A DNA stretch of 64,000 nucleotides from contig JAMCXX010000002.1 in NCBI GenBank assembly GCA_023474425.1, positions 132,217 to 196,216 of the forward strand. Direction: 5' to 3'. Positions 27,189 to 37,790 of the stretch are shown here, one piece after another. How positions within the stretch are numbered: position 1 is the stretch's first letter; each line of letters opens with the position of its first letter. Made by a program: the position numbers and the translations under genes. The notes beneath the pieces were generated by a model. That model was given only the letters and a program-made list of their open reading frames with translations. It was not told the origin of the DNA and made no database searches. The stretch comes from Patescibacteria group bacterium. GTDB lineage: Bacteria > Patescibacteriota > WWE3 > JAMCXX01.

Positions 27189-27641
27189 TCAATTTGTGGG
27201 AAATATCGCTACCGTTGCCTCAAGATCTTTTGAAACAGGTGTAGCAGAAGATGTGGACAGACTCTTAAAAAGAAGGCTTAAACCGGCTGACTGGCCATCC
27301 TTCAAAACCGTTTCCGCCAGTTTAAAATCCGGGCCAAAAAAAGCCTCGGCCGAAAATGAAGCCTGCTTCGGACGTAATTCCAAAACAGCGGTTCTAAATG
27401 TCTGCTTCCGGCCAGTATTGTTGGTGAAATCGGCCAAGTCGGCGTAATAGGTATTCTGCCCCAAAGCTGCCGGCAAGGTAAAGCGAAAAATCCGGGCCGA
27501 ATTAACCGCCCGGGTTTTGGCTCCCAAAACGTCAGGGGTGGGCGAAGATACCCGAAAGAGAAAATTTGGCAAAAAGGCGGCCGAAGAAACAAGCAACATA
27601 AAAAGGAGAATTAAATAGGAATTAACAATCAGATTTTTCAT
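27189..27641 (-). CDS. hypothetical secreted protein
   Basis: 150 aa with an N-terminal signal-like helix. No motif recognised. Confidence 0.4.
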   Translation of the reverse strand: MKNLIVNSYLILLFMLLVSSAAFLPNFLFRVSSPTPDVLGAKTRAVNSARIFRFTLPAALGQNTYYADLADFTNNTGRKQTFRTAVLELRPKQASFSAEAFFGPDFKLAETVLKDGQSAGLSLLFKSLSTSSATPVSKDLEATVAIFPTN

Positions 27642-28177
27642 ATTTCAACCGTAAACAGCGCTTTGGTTTCTTCTTTTTCGATTCTAACTTCGCGTTCAAA
27701 ATCCAAAATCACCAAAACGGTTAGAGCCGTCAAAGAAAGAATTGCCGTCACGGCAATAAAGACAGAAGTCAGACCAAAAATTGCCTGAACAATAAAGGCC
27801 AAAGTTACCACAAAAGCCAAGGCGAGCCAGACGGCCGCCTGGTGAAAAAGGTCAAAGGAGGTAGAAACGATAAAATCTAGATTTGATTCCAAAAGCTTTA
27901 CCTGAATGGCAGGGCGCAGATGGCTCGAGTGGAAAAAATAGAGGCGAACCAGGACAATTGCGGCTCCGGACAAAACAACCAAACCTAAAAAAATGTTGGA
28001 AAAGTTGTTGGCCAAAACTAACCCGTAAAGGTTGCCAAAAACTAGGGCGCCGCGGTTAATTGTTAGGGAAACACCTAAAAATCTGGCGGCCAGAATTAGT
28101 GATGTAACTTTCGCGCAGAAAACCAGAACGGCCGGTAAAACAGTCTCGTCCAGAAGTTTTACAACAAAGGCAGACAT
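27638..28177 (-). CDS. hypothetical membrane protein
   Basis: Four to five hydrophobic helices. I chose the MSAFVVKLL start, which leaves the heptad tract at 28187-28221 outside the CDS. Confidence 0.4.
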   Translation of the reverse strand: MSAFVVKLLDETVLPAVLVFCAKVTSLILAARFLGVSLTINRGALVFGNLYGLVLANNFSNIFLGLVVLSGAAIVLVRLYFFHSSHLRPAIQVKLLESNLDFIVSTSFDLFHQAAVWLALAFVVTLAFIVQAIFGLTSVFIAVTAILSLTALTVLVILDFEREVRIEKEETKALFTVEI

Positions 28178-28186
28178 ACACTCGTT

Positions 28187-28221
28187 AAATCTCAAATTCG
28201 AATATCGGAATTCGAAATCCC
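28187..28221. repeat. heptad tract aaatctc aaattcg aatatcg gaattcg aaatccc
   Basis: Read directly from the sequence. It lies in the divergent intergenic region (or in the extended N-terminus of the track ORF 27638..28228). Confidence 0.7.
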
Positions 28222-28269
28222 GTCTCATTATTAGTATACTTTAATTCGTCTGCTAACATCAAATATTTT

Positions 28270-30219
28270 ATGGTTAAAATTACTCCGCAAAAGATTGACT
28301 CGGCTTTAGAGATAACTTCCTATATTACTTTTTTTGCTACCCCGCTGACTTTTGTTTTTATAACCCACGAGCTATTTGAATTTCCCAAAATGATTTTAAT
28401 CTATTTTTTTTCGGTGCTTCTTTTGTATTTCTACTTTCTAAAACCGGGTCGAGGCATTGGCCAAAAAGTCCCATATGGTCTACCTTTCCTCGGACTCCTT
28501 TTGGCAACTTTCATTTCCTATGTTTTCTCTCAAAACCGTTATACCTCTCTTTTTGGCTATTACTCCCGTTTTAATGGCGGGCTTTTGTCTCTCTTAGCCT
28601 TCGCCGCCGTCTATTTAGTTCTTTCCCAAAAACTAACCTACCGGCGGGCCAAGAACATAATTGGCGCCGTCTTCTTCTCGGGGTTTGTTGTCTCTATTTA
28701 TGCAATTTTACAAAACTTCGGTATCGACAAGAATTTCTGGGTTCAGGACAGCCAAGCCCGGGCTTTTTCCACCCTGGGTCAGCCCAATTGGCTGGCCGCC
28801 TACCTTCTGGCCATTCTCCCTATTCCTGTCTATTTCTACCTGACTACGCCGTCAAAGCAGCTTTTTAGGAAAATATTTTTTTTAGTTTCAACCTCCGTTT
28901 ATTACTTTGGCTTTTGGTCAACTTTCTCGCTTTCCGGATTTTTGGGACTCTTGACTTTTATTTTTCTCTTCCTTTTCAAAAAGCGCCGACTGGCCGCCGA
29001 AAAAAGCCGTGATTTGGCAATTCTATCGGTTCTCTGCCTCTTAATCTCCGTTGCCCGTCCGGGAATTTTCGGCGCTAAAGTTAAAAGCTTAATGCAAATT
29101 ATGGAGCCGCATTTAACTTTTAACTATCCTGTTTTTGCTGCCGCTCAAAACACGTCCACTGGCCCGAGCGCCCCCACTACCTCATCCATTGATACCGGCG
29201 ACATCCGCTTAGACGTCTGGCGAGGGGCTCTAAACCTTTGGGAAAGTAACCCCAAAGTTTTTATCCTCGGCACCGGCCCGGAAACGTTTGCCTACGCCTT
29301 TTTGCCCTTCCGCCCGGCTTCCCTTAACTTCACCACCGAGTGGGATTTTCTCTACAACAAAGCCCACAACTATTATTTAGATATTTTAAGCGGTACCGGA
29401 CTCTTGGGTTTTTTTGCCTATTGCTGGTTCTCCTTCTCCGTTATTAAAAGGCAGTGGTCAACCGATACCAAAACATTAAACCTTGCCGACCTGCTTTTCT
29501 ATGGTTGGTTTACCATCCTGGTCACCAATTTTTTTGGTTGGCCAACCGTTTCTCTTTCCCTAATTTTCTTTAGCTTCCCGCTTTTTATGATTCATCTAAA
29601 ACAACACGGGGAGGAAAAGTGGCAGGATGAAAATAATACGGCTTCCCCGAAGGCAGTTAAAACTCTGGTTCTCACGGCGGTCCTAATTTTTGTCTTTTTT
29701 AAAATCGCCAACTTATTTTTGGCCGACGTTTCCTACAGTCGCGGGCTGTCCCTTTCCCAAGCCGGTGACTACACAGGCGCCGCGAATTCTCTTATTTCGG
29801 CTGTTAATCTTAACTATTTTGAACCGGCTTACCACCGAGATTTTTCTCTGACTCTGGCCCAAAAATCACTGCTTGAGACGGGGCAAACGCAAATTGACGA
29901 CCTAAACGCCGCTGTCGGGGAAGCGGAAACCGCCTATAATCTAAACCCGCAGAATTCTCTGACTTTAAAAACTCTTGTCCGAACCTACTTCATTATTTCC
30001 CAACTCGCCCCGCAATACACCGAAAAAGTTTATGAACTTCTCCAAGCGGTTATTAAGCTCTCACCCACGCAACCCCAATCCTATTACGACGCCGCCCTGA
30101 TTGATTTTTACTTAAACAAAAAGACAGAAGCTCTAAATCTTACTCAAAAAGCCCTAAGCCTTAAACCAAACTACACGGAGGCAAAGGACTTACTGAATAA
30201 GTTAGAAAAGAAAGACTAG
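28270..30219 (+). CDS. O-antigen ligase (Wzy_C)-like polytopic membrane protein with C-terminal TPR repeats
   Basis: More than 10 TM helices, a NKAHNYYLDIL motif region and a TPR-like C-terminus (AYNLNPQN.., ALSLKPNYTEA). Confidence 0.68.
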   Translation: MVKITPQKIDSALEITSYITFFATPLTFVFITHELFEFPKMILIYFFSVLLLYFYFLKPGRGIGQKVPYGLPFLGLLLATFISYVFSQNRYTSLFGYYSRFNGGLLSLLAFAAVYLVLSQKLTYRRAKNIIGAVFFSGFVVSIYAILQNFGIDKNFWVQDSQARAFSTLGQPNWLAAYLLAILPIPVYFYLTTPSKQLFRKIFFLVSTSVYYFGFWSTFSLSGFLGLLTFIFLFLFKKRRLAAEKSRDLAILSVLCLLISVARPGIFGAKVKSLMQIMEPHLTFNYPVFAAAQNTSTGPSAPTTSSIDTGDIRLDVWRGALNLWESNPKVFILGTGPETFAYAFLPFRPASLNFTTEWDFLYNKAHNYYLDILSGTGLLGFFAYCWFSFSVIKRQWSTDTKTLNLADLLFYGWFTILVTNFFGWPTVSLSLIFFSFPLFMIHLKQHGEEKWQDENNTASPKAVKTLVLTAVLIFVFFKIANLFLADVSYSRGLSLSQAGDYTGAANSLISAVNLNYFEPAYHRDFSLTLAQKSLLETGQTQIDDLNAAVGEAETAYNLNPQNSLTLKTLVRTYFIISQLAPQYTEKVYELLQAVIKLSPTQPQSYYDAALIDFYLNKKTEALNLTQKALSLKPNYTEAKDLLNKLEKKD

Positions 30220-30689
30220 AGGTACAATTTTAATCCCACCAAAAAAAGTATCGTGGAGAGAATTACCGGGGTAATAACCGGCCCAAACCACGGCGCCGGC
30301 AGCAAAAAATAAACATCGGTATTCCAAAGACTTTGCGGCCAGCCGGAAAAAATCCTCAAAAAAACATAGTAAAAAAGGTCCCAGAGCGAAAAAACAATCA
30401 AAAAGGCGCCAATCCTACGGACCAAACTCCTGGCGGCCAAAAGAGAAACAGACAAGATCATCAAAAGGGTGGCCGCTTCACGGGCAAGCTCAATAGAATT
30501 GACCGCGGGCGGCTGAAGAACGGAAGTTTTAGCGGAGCCGAAGGCAATAAAACCCAAATTAAGAACAATCGGGTAAGTCTTTTGGGGAAAATTAGGGCCG
30601 ACCAAAATTCTTAAATAAGAAACGGTGGCCGCTTCTATAACAGCAAAAGTCAGACCAAAAACAAACAGGAACAAAATTTTTGTTTTCAT
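30216..30689 (-). CDS. hypothetical membrane protein
   Basis: 157 aa with about 5 hydrophobic helices. Confidence 0.4.
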   Translation of the reverse strand: MKTKILFLFVFGLTFAVIEAATVSYLRILVGPNFPQKTYPIVLNLGFIAFGSAKTSVLQPPAVNSIELAREAATLLMILSVSLLAARSLVRRIGAFLIVFSLWDLFYYVFLRIFSGWPQSLWNTDVYFLLPAPWFGPVITPVILSTILFLVGLKLYL

Positions 30690-30730
30690 TGCAAGTGCAT
30701 TTAAAAATATGGAACTTAAAAAACGCTGAA

Positions 30731-31855
30731 TTACAGCTTTTTGGCGTATGTCGAAGAAATATAACCCACCGTTCCGTCAGGCAACTGAATCTTGTAGAAA
30801 CTTCCATCTTCGCTAAGGAGAGTTGGGGTATCGCCTACATTTACCCGGCCAATTTCGGCCGTGGTAATGGACGGCCCCTGCCGGACTTTAAGATAACCGA
30901 GACCGGTGGGCAAGACCTGTACCTTGGCGACTTGGGGCAATAACTTTTGGGCCAAACTTGACAGGGCCTGGCTGGCCGCTGCCGTCAACCCCTGGTCGGA
31001 AACGCGCCCTAAGTATCCGATCTTAACCGAATTTTGGTCGCTGACCGTGGGCAGGCTGACTTTAGTGCCGGCCTTGTCGAAGGTAAAACCCTGGTCGTCA
31101 ATAAAAAAATCGTATGGAGAGGCTGAGGGACTTGAATCTTTGTCCATGGAAGCGGCGTAAAAAACAACGCCTTTAGCCCAAGCCGAAGTGTCGGCGTAGA
31201 GAGCCGGATTATCAGTAGAGAGGTCATAAATATTAAAACGAGCCTCTGAAGGAAAGCTGATTTTTCCGCCGCCGGAGACGTAAGGCAGAATAAAGAGGTT
31301 AACTTTGATGTTTAATTTGTAGCTGGGCTGCACATGAAATTTGACTGTGTGAGAACGATAGCCGTCTTTGCTTAAGGTTAGAGTATGGTTTCCCACGGCG
31401 ACACCTTTATAGGAGAGCGGCGTTTGACCGATGCGGGTATTGTCTAACTGCACATCTACACCATCGGGGCTGGAAATAACTAGCAAAGACCCGGTATCGG
31501 ATGAGGGAGTAAGCCAAATAAATTCGCCCTCGGAAAAAGCTTCGCTGGGACCCAACGAATAGTTAACTACGGTTAAGGCCCCACCGGTAAGTGTAATACG
31601 CGCTTTGTAGCTGTTATCGGCCTGAGAAAGGGTAAGGTCGGCATCCCCAGGCTTAAGCGAATCCGAAAAATAAGAGGTCTTCCCCAAAATCTCGCCGTTT
31701 AATGCAACGTTTAGGCTGCCAATTGCGGAATTAACCGAAAGAGCCGCCTTACCTCCGGGGCGAAAAAGAAAACGGCTGAAGAGAAAGTAGGAAACAAGAG
31801 AAACCGCGAATGAGGCCAGGATAATAATAAAGACCCTCCTAAAAGTCATATTCAA
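30731..31855 (-). CDS. PEGA-domain plus C-terminal SH3b-like domain envelope protein
   Basis: N-terminal TM anchor. PEGA-like segments (VISSPDGVDVQLDNTRIGQTPL..LSKDGY). C-terminal SH3-like segment (YLKVRQGPS..G.V..G..). Confidence 0.55.
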   Translation of the reverse strand: MNMTFRRVFIIILASFAVSLVSYFLFSRFLFRPGGKAALSVNSAIGSLNVALNGEILGKTSYFSDSLKPGDADLTLSQADNSYKARITLTGGALTVVNYSLGPSEAFSEGEFIWLTPSSDTGSLLVISSPDGVDVQLDNTRIGQTPLSYKGVAVGNHTLTLSKDGYRSHTVKFHVQPSYKLNIKVNLFILPYVSGGGKISFPSEARFNIYDLSTDNPALYADTSAWAKGVVFYAASMDKDSSPSASPYDFFIDDQGFTFDKAGTKVSLPTVSDQNSVKIGYLGRVSDQGLTAAASQALSSLAQKLLPQVAKVQVLPTGLGYLKVRQGPSITTAEIGRVNVGDTPTLLSEDGSFYKIQLPDGTVGYISSTYAKKL

Positions 31856-31926
31856 ATGTTACAAAAAAAGACCCCGTATGACAAGAAATTACGGCGCTAA
31901 GTCAAATGTGGGATAATTAACCCGTA

Positions 31927-33306
31927 ATGAAAAAAATATTTTTTTCGGTCGGTCGGCTTACAGAAAAGCTAAGCGAGCAGGTTTTATTTCGACTCCATCT
32001 GCTTAAAGAGTTTCCCATTTTACCGCGACAACGGCAAATTCAGGTGGTGGGAATATTTTTTGCCGCTCTCTCTTTGGTAATAACCGCAGCCGGATTGACA
32101 ATCAAATCACTGTCCGGACCAAATTTAAAATCACCCCTGGCCGAAGGGCAAAATCAGGAAATCGCCGTCACCCGCATGGCTCCAAGCGACCCTTCGCCTT
32201 TTTTTAGGATGAGCGGGAAAATCTTGGGTTTTTCTGATCTCAAAATTCCTAAACACAAAAACCTGCAATACGAAGTTTTCGGCTATCTGCCTTGGTGGAG
32301 TTTCGACAAAATACAGTACCTGCATCTCGATCTCCTTTCCACCATTGCTTACTTTGGTTTGGAAATTGACCCGCAGAAGGGAGGTTTTTTGCAAAACTGG
32401 GCCTACTGGGATTTTTGGAACAGTCCGGAACTTAAGGACCTTATTGACCGTTCGAGAAAATCCGGCACCAACGTGGTCTTAACCATTAAACTTTTCGATA
32501 ACGACCCCATTGAAACCTTTCTTAGGTGCAGCGCCTGCCGGCAAAAAACCGTGAGCGAAACGGTTGCGCAAATTAGGGAAAAAGGCGTCCAGGGAGTCAA
32601 CGTGGATTTTGAATATTACGGCAGCCCGGACAACGAAACGACTATCCGCTTTGCCCAGTTTATGCGGGACCTGGCCGATGCCGTCCACAAGGAAATCAAG
32701 GGCTCAACCGTGTCTATGGCCGTTTACGCCACTTCGGCCCGCGAGGAGCGCATTCATGACATAGCCGTGGTGGGACAATTTATTGATTATGTGGTCATTA
32801 TGGGCTACGACTTTTTCCGCCCCGCCTCCACCAACGCCGGGCCCATCTCTCCCTTAACGGGAGTGGAAAAATACGGCTTTGATTTGGAAACCTCGGTCAA
32901 GGATTTCTTAGCCAAAATTCCGGCGGAAAAAATTGTTTTGGGCGTTCCCTACTACGGCTATGATTGGCCGGTGGAAAGCAACAGCCCCAACGCTAAAGTC
33001 CTGCCCTACGACGACCAAAACGGAACGGTGGGCCTGGCCTACTATGCCAACGTGGCCGAAAATCCCAAAATCGGTATTAACAACTCCGGTTGGGATTCGA
33101 TTGCCCAAGTTCCATTTTATTCCTACTTCAATAATGACACTAAAGTCTGGCACGAGGTTTACTACGAAAATGCCGCCTCTCTTTCGCTTAAGTATGATTT
33201 TATAAAAAGCATGAAAATTAGGGGTGTGGGCATTTGGGCTTTGGGATTTGACGGCGACCGAAACGAGCTTTGGGATCTGCTCGAAAAAAAATTTACAAGG
33301 CTTTAA
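31927..33306 (+). CDS. glycoside hydrolase family 18 (chitinase/YaaH-like) protein
   Basis: GVNVDFEY catalytic DxxDxDxE-type motif, MGYDF and GVGIWALG motifs, plus an N-terminal TM anchor. Confidence 0.7.
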   Translation: MKKIFFSVGRLTEKLSEQVLFRLHLLKEFPILPRQRQIQVVGIFFAALSLVITAAGLTIKSLSGPNLKSPLAEGQNQEIAVTRMAPSDPSPFFRMSGKILGFSDLKIPKHKNLQYEVFGYLPWWSFDKIQYLHLDLLSTIAYFGLEIDPQKGGFLQNWAYWDFWNSPELKDLIDRSRKSGTNVVLTIKLFDNDPIETFLRCSACRQKTVSETVAQIREKGVQGVNVDFEYYGSPDNETTIRFAQFMRDLADAVHKEIKGSTVSMAVYATSAREERIHDIAVVGQFIDYVVIMGYDFFRPASTNAGPISPLTGVEKYGFDLETSVKDFLAKIPAEKIVLGVPYYGYDWPVESNSPNAKVLPYDDQNGTVGLAYYANVAENPKIGINNSGWDSIAQVPFYSYFNNDTKVWHEVYYENAASLSLKYDFIKSMKIRGVGIWALGFDGDRNELWDLLEKKFTRL

Positions 33307-33406
33307 CTCTTTGTCATTATCATCTGACAGCTTGACGGAGAAACAATCCGCTTCGCCACTTGGGTGAATCGATTTAGGCCGGACTCTCCACGATGACAGA
33401 CTTATT

Positions 33407-33768
33407 GTCATTGCGAACGAAGTGAAGCAATCTCGTTCACCAGGAAATCTCTATGAACAGGCGGTATTATGTGTATATTCTAACCAACATTAACCATACA
33501 GTTCTATATACAGGTGTAACTGGGAATATCGAAAAAAGAGTTTATGAGCACAAAAATAAAATCGCTTCGAGCTTTACCTCAAAGTACAACGTGAGTAAAC
33601 TTGTCTACTTGGAAACTTACAATCGTCCGCAGGAGGCAATTGGAAGAGAAAAACAGATTAAAGCCGGATCTAGGAGAAAGAAAATCGAATTAATTATCAC
33701 GCTGAATCCTTCATGGAAAGATTTGTCGTCTGGGAACTAGATCGCTTCGGCCGAACACTCGCGATGAC
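33407..33768. mobile_element. GIY-YIG gene cassette bounded by imperfect terminal inverted repeats
   Basis: Left end GTCATTGCGAACGAAGTGAAGCAATC (33407-32). The reverse complement of the right end (33740-68) is GTCATCGCGAGTGTTCGGCCGAAGCGATC. The outer 10 nt and inner 9 nt each match with 1 mismatch. Confidence 0.4.
33453..33740 (+). CDS. GIY-YIG nuclease family protein (UPF0213-like)
   Basis: YYVYILTN .. LYTGVTGNIEKRVYEHK .. E.Y .. REKQIK motifs, 95 aa. Confidence 0.85.
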   Translation: MNRRYYVYILTNINHTVLYTGVTGNIEKRVYEHKNKIASSFTSKYNVSKLVYLETYNRPQEAIGREKQIKAGSRRKKIELIITLNPSWKDLSSGN

Positions 33769-33786
33769 GTAGGAAAAATGGCTAAA

Positions 33787-35415
33787 TCAATAGTCCATAC
33801 CGCCGCCCATCCCACCGGGAGGCATCGCCGGCATATTTTCTTTCTTCTCCGGTAAATCGGCCACTAGAGCTTCCGTGGTGAGTAACATGGCTGCAACAGA
33901 AACGGCGTTTTGCAAAGCGGAGCGGGTAACCTTGGCCGGGTCCACAATGCCCGACTTAACCATATCCTCAAATTTAAGCGTCAGCACATCAAAACCGACT
34001 TCGTCATTCTTGCCTTCAATCTCCCGCACCACCCAACCGGAGTCCACCCCGGCGTTCTCGGCAATAACCCTTACCGGCTGTTCCAAAGCTTTGTATAGAA
34101 TTTCCACCCCAACCTTCTCATCACCTTCAAGAGTTAACTTGGTCAAAGCCTTGCGGGCTTTAAGCAGTGCGACCCCGCCGCCGGGAACAATGCCTTCTTC
34201 GATGGCCGCTTTGGTGGCATGCACGGCATCATCCACTCTTGCTTTTTTCTCCTTTAGTTCGGTCTCGGTGGCCGCCCCCACGTTAATTACGGCTACTCCG
34301 CCCGAGAGTTTAGCCAGCCTTTCCTCAAGTTTTTCCTTATCGTAATCGCTGTCGGTCTCCTCAATCTGCTTTTTAATAATAGCAATTCGGTCGTTTATGG
34401 CTTCGCGCGAACCCTGACCGCCCACGATTTCCGTTTCCTCTTTGCGCGCCGTCACCCGATCGGACCGGCCCAAATCCTCAACTTTCACGCTGTCAAGCTT
34501 GCGGCCGATTTCTTCGGAAATCACCTGACCTCCGGTAAGAATGGCCAAATCCTGAAGCATTTCCTTGCGGCGGTCGCCAAATCCCGGCGCCTTTACCGCC
34601 AAAACATTAAGAACACCCTTGAGCTTGTTGACCACGAGGACCGCCAAGGCTTCGCCATCCACATCGTCGGCAATAATTACCAAATTTTTGGTCACCTTTA
34701 CCAGCTCTTCGAGCATCTTAAGAATATCGTTAATGGCCGAGATTTTTTGGTCGGTAATTAAAATATAGGGGGACTCTATAACCGCCTCCATGCGGTCGGC
34801 GTTGGTCACAAAATAAGCCGAGGCGTAGCCCTTATCTAAAAGCATACCCTCCTTGTGCTCAAGCTCCATCTTTAGGCCTTTGCCTTCCTCAACCGTAATC
34901 ACCCCGGCGTCGCCCACCTTTTCCAAAGCGTTAGCGATCATCGCTCCAATTTCCTTGTCGGCGGCGGAAATAGAAGCCACCTGTTCCTTTTCTTCTTTGG
35001 ACTTAATCGGTTTGGCAATTTTCCTAATTTCTTCAACCACAGCCTCCAAACCCTTCTCCAAGCCTCTCTTTAAAATCATGGGATTAGCACCGCTGGTAAT
35101 GTTTTTAATGCCTTCCTCAATCACCGATTTAGCCAAAAGAGTGGCCGTGGTCGTGCCGTCGCCGGCCACATCGGCCGTCTTACTGGCGGCTTCCTTGACC
35201 ATCTGAGCTCCCATGTTTTCAAAAGGATCGGGCAATTCAATCTCCTTAGCCACTGTAACCCCGTCATGAATCACACTCGGCGCTCCCCACTTTTTTTCCA
35301 ATCCCACATTGCGACCCTTAGGGCCTAAAGTTGTGACTACCGCTTTTGCCAGTGCGTCAACACCGGTTTTTAATTTTTTGCGGGCTTCATCGCCGTATAA
35401 AAGCTGCTTAGCCAT
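33787..35415 (-). CDS. groL: chaperonin GroEL
   Basis: [14 protein letters not shown]-terminus, [10 protein letters not shown] motif and a C-terminal GGMGGGM tail. Confidence 0.97.
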   Translation of the reverse strand: MAKQLLYGDEARKKLKTGVDALAKAVVTTLGPKGRNVGLEKKWGAPSVIHDGVTVAKEIELPDPFENMGAQMVKEAASKTADVAGDGTTTATLLAKSVIEEGIKNITSGANPMILKRGLEKGLEAVVEEIRKIAKPIKSKEEKEQVASISAADKEIGAMIANALEKVGDAGVITVEEGKGLKMELEHKEGMLLDKGYASAYFVTNADRMEAVIESPYILITDQKISAINDILKMLEELVKVTKNLVIIADDVDGEALAVLVVNKLKGVLNVLAVKAPGFGDRRKEMLQDLAILTGGQVISEEIGRKLDSVKVEDLGRSDRVTARKEETEIVGGQGSREAINDRIAIIKKQIEETDSDYDKEKLEERLAKLSGGVAVINVGAATETELKEKKARVDDAVHATKAAIEEGIVPGGGVALLKARKALTKLTLEGDEKVGVEILYKALEQPVRVIAENAGVDSGWVVREIEGKNDEVGFDVLTLKFEDMVKSGIVDPAKVTRSALQNAVSVAAMLLTTEALVADLPEKKENMPAMPPGGMGGGMDY

Positions 35416-35437
35416 ACTTCGCTGCGCTCAGTATAAA

Positions 35438-35734
35438 TTATTCAATAACCGCTAAAATATCGTCGCTTTTGACAATCAAGTATTCTTTACCCTCAACCTT
35501 AATTTCGCTGCCGCCCCATTTTTTGTAAAGAATTGTTTGCCCCACCTTAACATCCAAGGGAATTACTTTTCCCTCGTCGTCCCGCTTGCCCGCGCCCACA
35601 GCCAAAACCTTGCCCTGTTGAGGCTTTTCTTTGGCCGTGTCGGGAATCACAATACCGGAAGCGGTGGTCGTTTCTTTTTCTAAAGGCTCGACTAAAATGT
35701 TGTCTTCTAAAGGTTTAATCTGGTTCAGCTCCAT
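35438..35734 (-). CDS. groS: co-chaperonin GroES
   Basis: 98 aa with [11 protein letters not shown] and the mobile-loop TASGIVIPD, directly upstream of groL. Confidence 0.95.
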   Translation of the reverse strand: MELNQIKPLEDNILVEPLEKETTTASGIVIPDTAKEKPQQGKVLAVGAGKRDDEGKVIPLDVKVGQTILYKKWGGSEIKVEGKEYLIVKSDDILAVIE

Positions 35735-35810
35735 AAGTAGTAGAAAACAGCCACAAAATTAGATTCCCAAAGACTCCCATGTGGCAGCCATAATATTCTA
35801 TAACAACCTG

Positions 35811-36625
35811 TCAAGCCCGGTCAAGGTTGGCTATCTTCCTTTGGTATTCGGAAAGAATTTCTTGACGAAGGGAACCGGGGTGCTGCCAAAGCCGCCCCTC
35901 CTCAAATGTTATTCCGGTTAAATCGTAATAGTTGCCTTTTATTTTTTTAACCTGCCAGGCACGGCTTAAGGCTTCCAGTTGGGCAAAAAGTTGTTCAACC
36001 ATAAATTTGCTTCTAAAAACCGCTCATAAGTTTTTCCGCGATTATATAAAACTCTGACTTGGGCAACTTCGTGTGCTAAAACCAAATCATGCTCCTCTTT
36101 GGGCACAGCCAAATTATTTTCATCACACCAGACGTTAATACAAATTGACCGAGAGCTTGGCCTCTTTTTATCGTTACGCTTGCGCCCGACAAACTCTAAA
36201 AAAAGAAAAATAATCATACGGCTTAACCAGAGACGATTCCGGGCGGTAACAATCAGGACATCAACATCACCTGATTCTTCGCTGTTAAACATGGCTACGG
36301 CTCCGGTTAGCGCGACCATTTTAATCCAAGGCAGTCGGAAAATAATATTTAAATAGGCGGCAACACTTCTAACTTTCTTTTCGGAAATTAAACGCCGGCG
36401 CTGACGCTTGTCCACCAGATCCCGCCGCCCCTTAATAAAGTAATAACCCCCAAACCCTTCCAGCTCGTCACGGTTTACTAAGTTGCGTAAAGAGACTTCT
36501 ACTTCGACAAAAGGCACGGGGATTTTGGCATGTAAGAAACGGGCTATCTCGGCTAGGCTTAGCGGATAGTCAAAAATATCGAAGTAGAGAACGGTTTTTA
36601 GAATTTCAGTTTCGGGTCCAAGCAT
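35811..36625 (-). CDS. hypothetical protein(s): a 219-aa ORF (35966..36625) plus an overlapping 63-aa ORF (35811..36002). Either one frameshifted gene or two genes.
   Basis: The two minus-strand ORFs overlap by 37 nt around a T5 run. No motif recognised. Confidence 0.35.
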
Positions 36626-36632
36626 CAGTTTT

Positions 36633-37040
36633 CTAGAGACGGGTATCCAAGGCGCGATTGACCAAAAAATCTGCCCGTTGATTTTTCTCGCGGGGTATAT
36701 GACTGAAAGTCACACTCTTAAATTTTTGGCGCAAAACTAAAATACGGGCCGAATAAATTTTGATTCTAGCATCCTTAATTTTGTAAACACCGTTTAACTG
36801 ACGCACCGCCAGTTCGCTGTCCAAAAAACAGTCAACCGAAGCGGCACCAAGATTTAGAGACTTCTCTAAAGCGGCGATAATCGCTTCGTATTCGGCCATA
36901 TTGTTGGTCGCCGCCCCGATTGACTTTCCGGTTTCAAAAACCGTTTGTCCTGTTTTATTCTTAATCACAAATCCGATGGCCGCCGGTCCGGGATTGCCGC
37001 GGGATCCGCCATCGCTGTATACCAACAAACGATTCTCCAT
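36633..37040 (-). CDS. rnhA: ribonuclease HI family protein
   Basis: YSDGGSRGNPGPAA motif, AEYEA and ADFLVN motifs, 135 aa. Confidence 0.85.
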   Translation of the reverse strand: MENRLLVYSDGGSRGNPGPAAIGFVIKNKTGQTVFETGKSIGAATNNMAEYEAIIAALEKSLNLGAASVDCFLDSELAVRQLNGVYKIKDARIKIYSARILVLRQKFKSVTFSHIPREKNQRADFLVNRALDTRL

Positions 37041-37046
37041 GACAAA

Positions 37047-37658
37047 TTAACTTTCCTTAAAATAAAAAATAACGGCCGAGGCAAGGAACGACAAAAATAG
37101 GCCGAGCAGAGCTCCAACTAGTGTATTTATAATAAAACTTGGCGAATGGGTAATAATAAGAGGACTGGAACTAATAAAGGAAACCGTCACGCCGGTATCA
37201 CCACCTTGGCTTAATTCTCCCGTCAGCTTGGAGACGAAAGCTGACAGAGCGGCCACGACATCCGTAGCCTCCTTTAAATTTTGACTTTTGTAAGCAAAAT
37301 TAACCAGCTGCGGCGAAAGGCGGCGTATTTTAACGCCGTTTATTTCCGCGCTTAACTGACGGGGGGCCATCGCACGGTTTTCGCTTAGGGCCAAACGCAA
37401 AACATCACGGCTGGATAAAGCGCCAAAAAGGCTGTCGGCAAATCTTTCGGCGGCCTGCGAAGAATAATAACCGTCATAGGTATAAAACTGCCGATTTTCC
37501 ACAGTCGTTTGACGCTTAACAAAAAATGTCTGACTGGCTTCGAAACTTGGTTTTTCGGCCAAAGTTAAAAGAAATCCGGCCAAACCGAAAACCAGAAACA
37601 TGAACAAAACAAAACGCCAATAGATTTTTAGGAACTTAGACAGACGCGCGCCGGTCAT
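37047..37658 (-). CDS. Wzz/chain-length-determinant-like bitopic membrane protein
   Basis: TM helices at both the N- and C-terminus with a periplasmic-type middle. The envelope-gene context supports the call. Confidence 0.4.
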   Translation of the reverse strand: MTGARLSKFLKIYWRFVLFMFLVFGLAGFLLTLAEKPSFEASQTFFVKRQTTVENRQFYTYDGYYSSQAAERFADSLFGALSSRDVLRLALSENRAMAPRQLSAEINGVKIRRLSPQLVNFAYKSQNLKEATDVVAALSAFVSKLTGELSQGGDTGVTVSFISSSPLIITHSPSFIINTLVGALLGLFLSFLASAVIFYFKES

Positions 37659-37790
37659 GAACTAAAGGATAATTTTGCTTCCTTTTATTGTCAAATATAG
37701 GCATTGTTGACAAGACCCAGCCGAGAATCGAGAATTGGGATAGTTACCTGCCCTATGTACAATCCGCCAAAAATTATACGCAATCCGCAA

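Noticed and set aside
33875-34345. 156-aa plus-strand ORF opposite groEL (and 34853..35206)
   Set aside because: It is antisense to groEL and its Ser/Thr/Ala/Pro-rich composition is typical of an antisense artefact.
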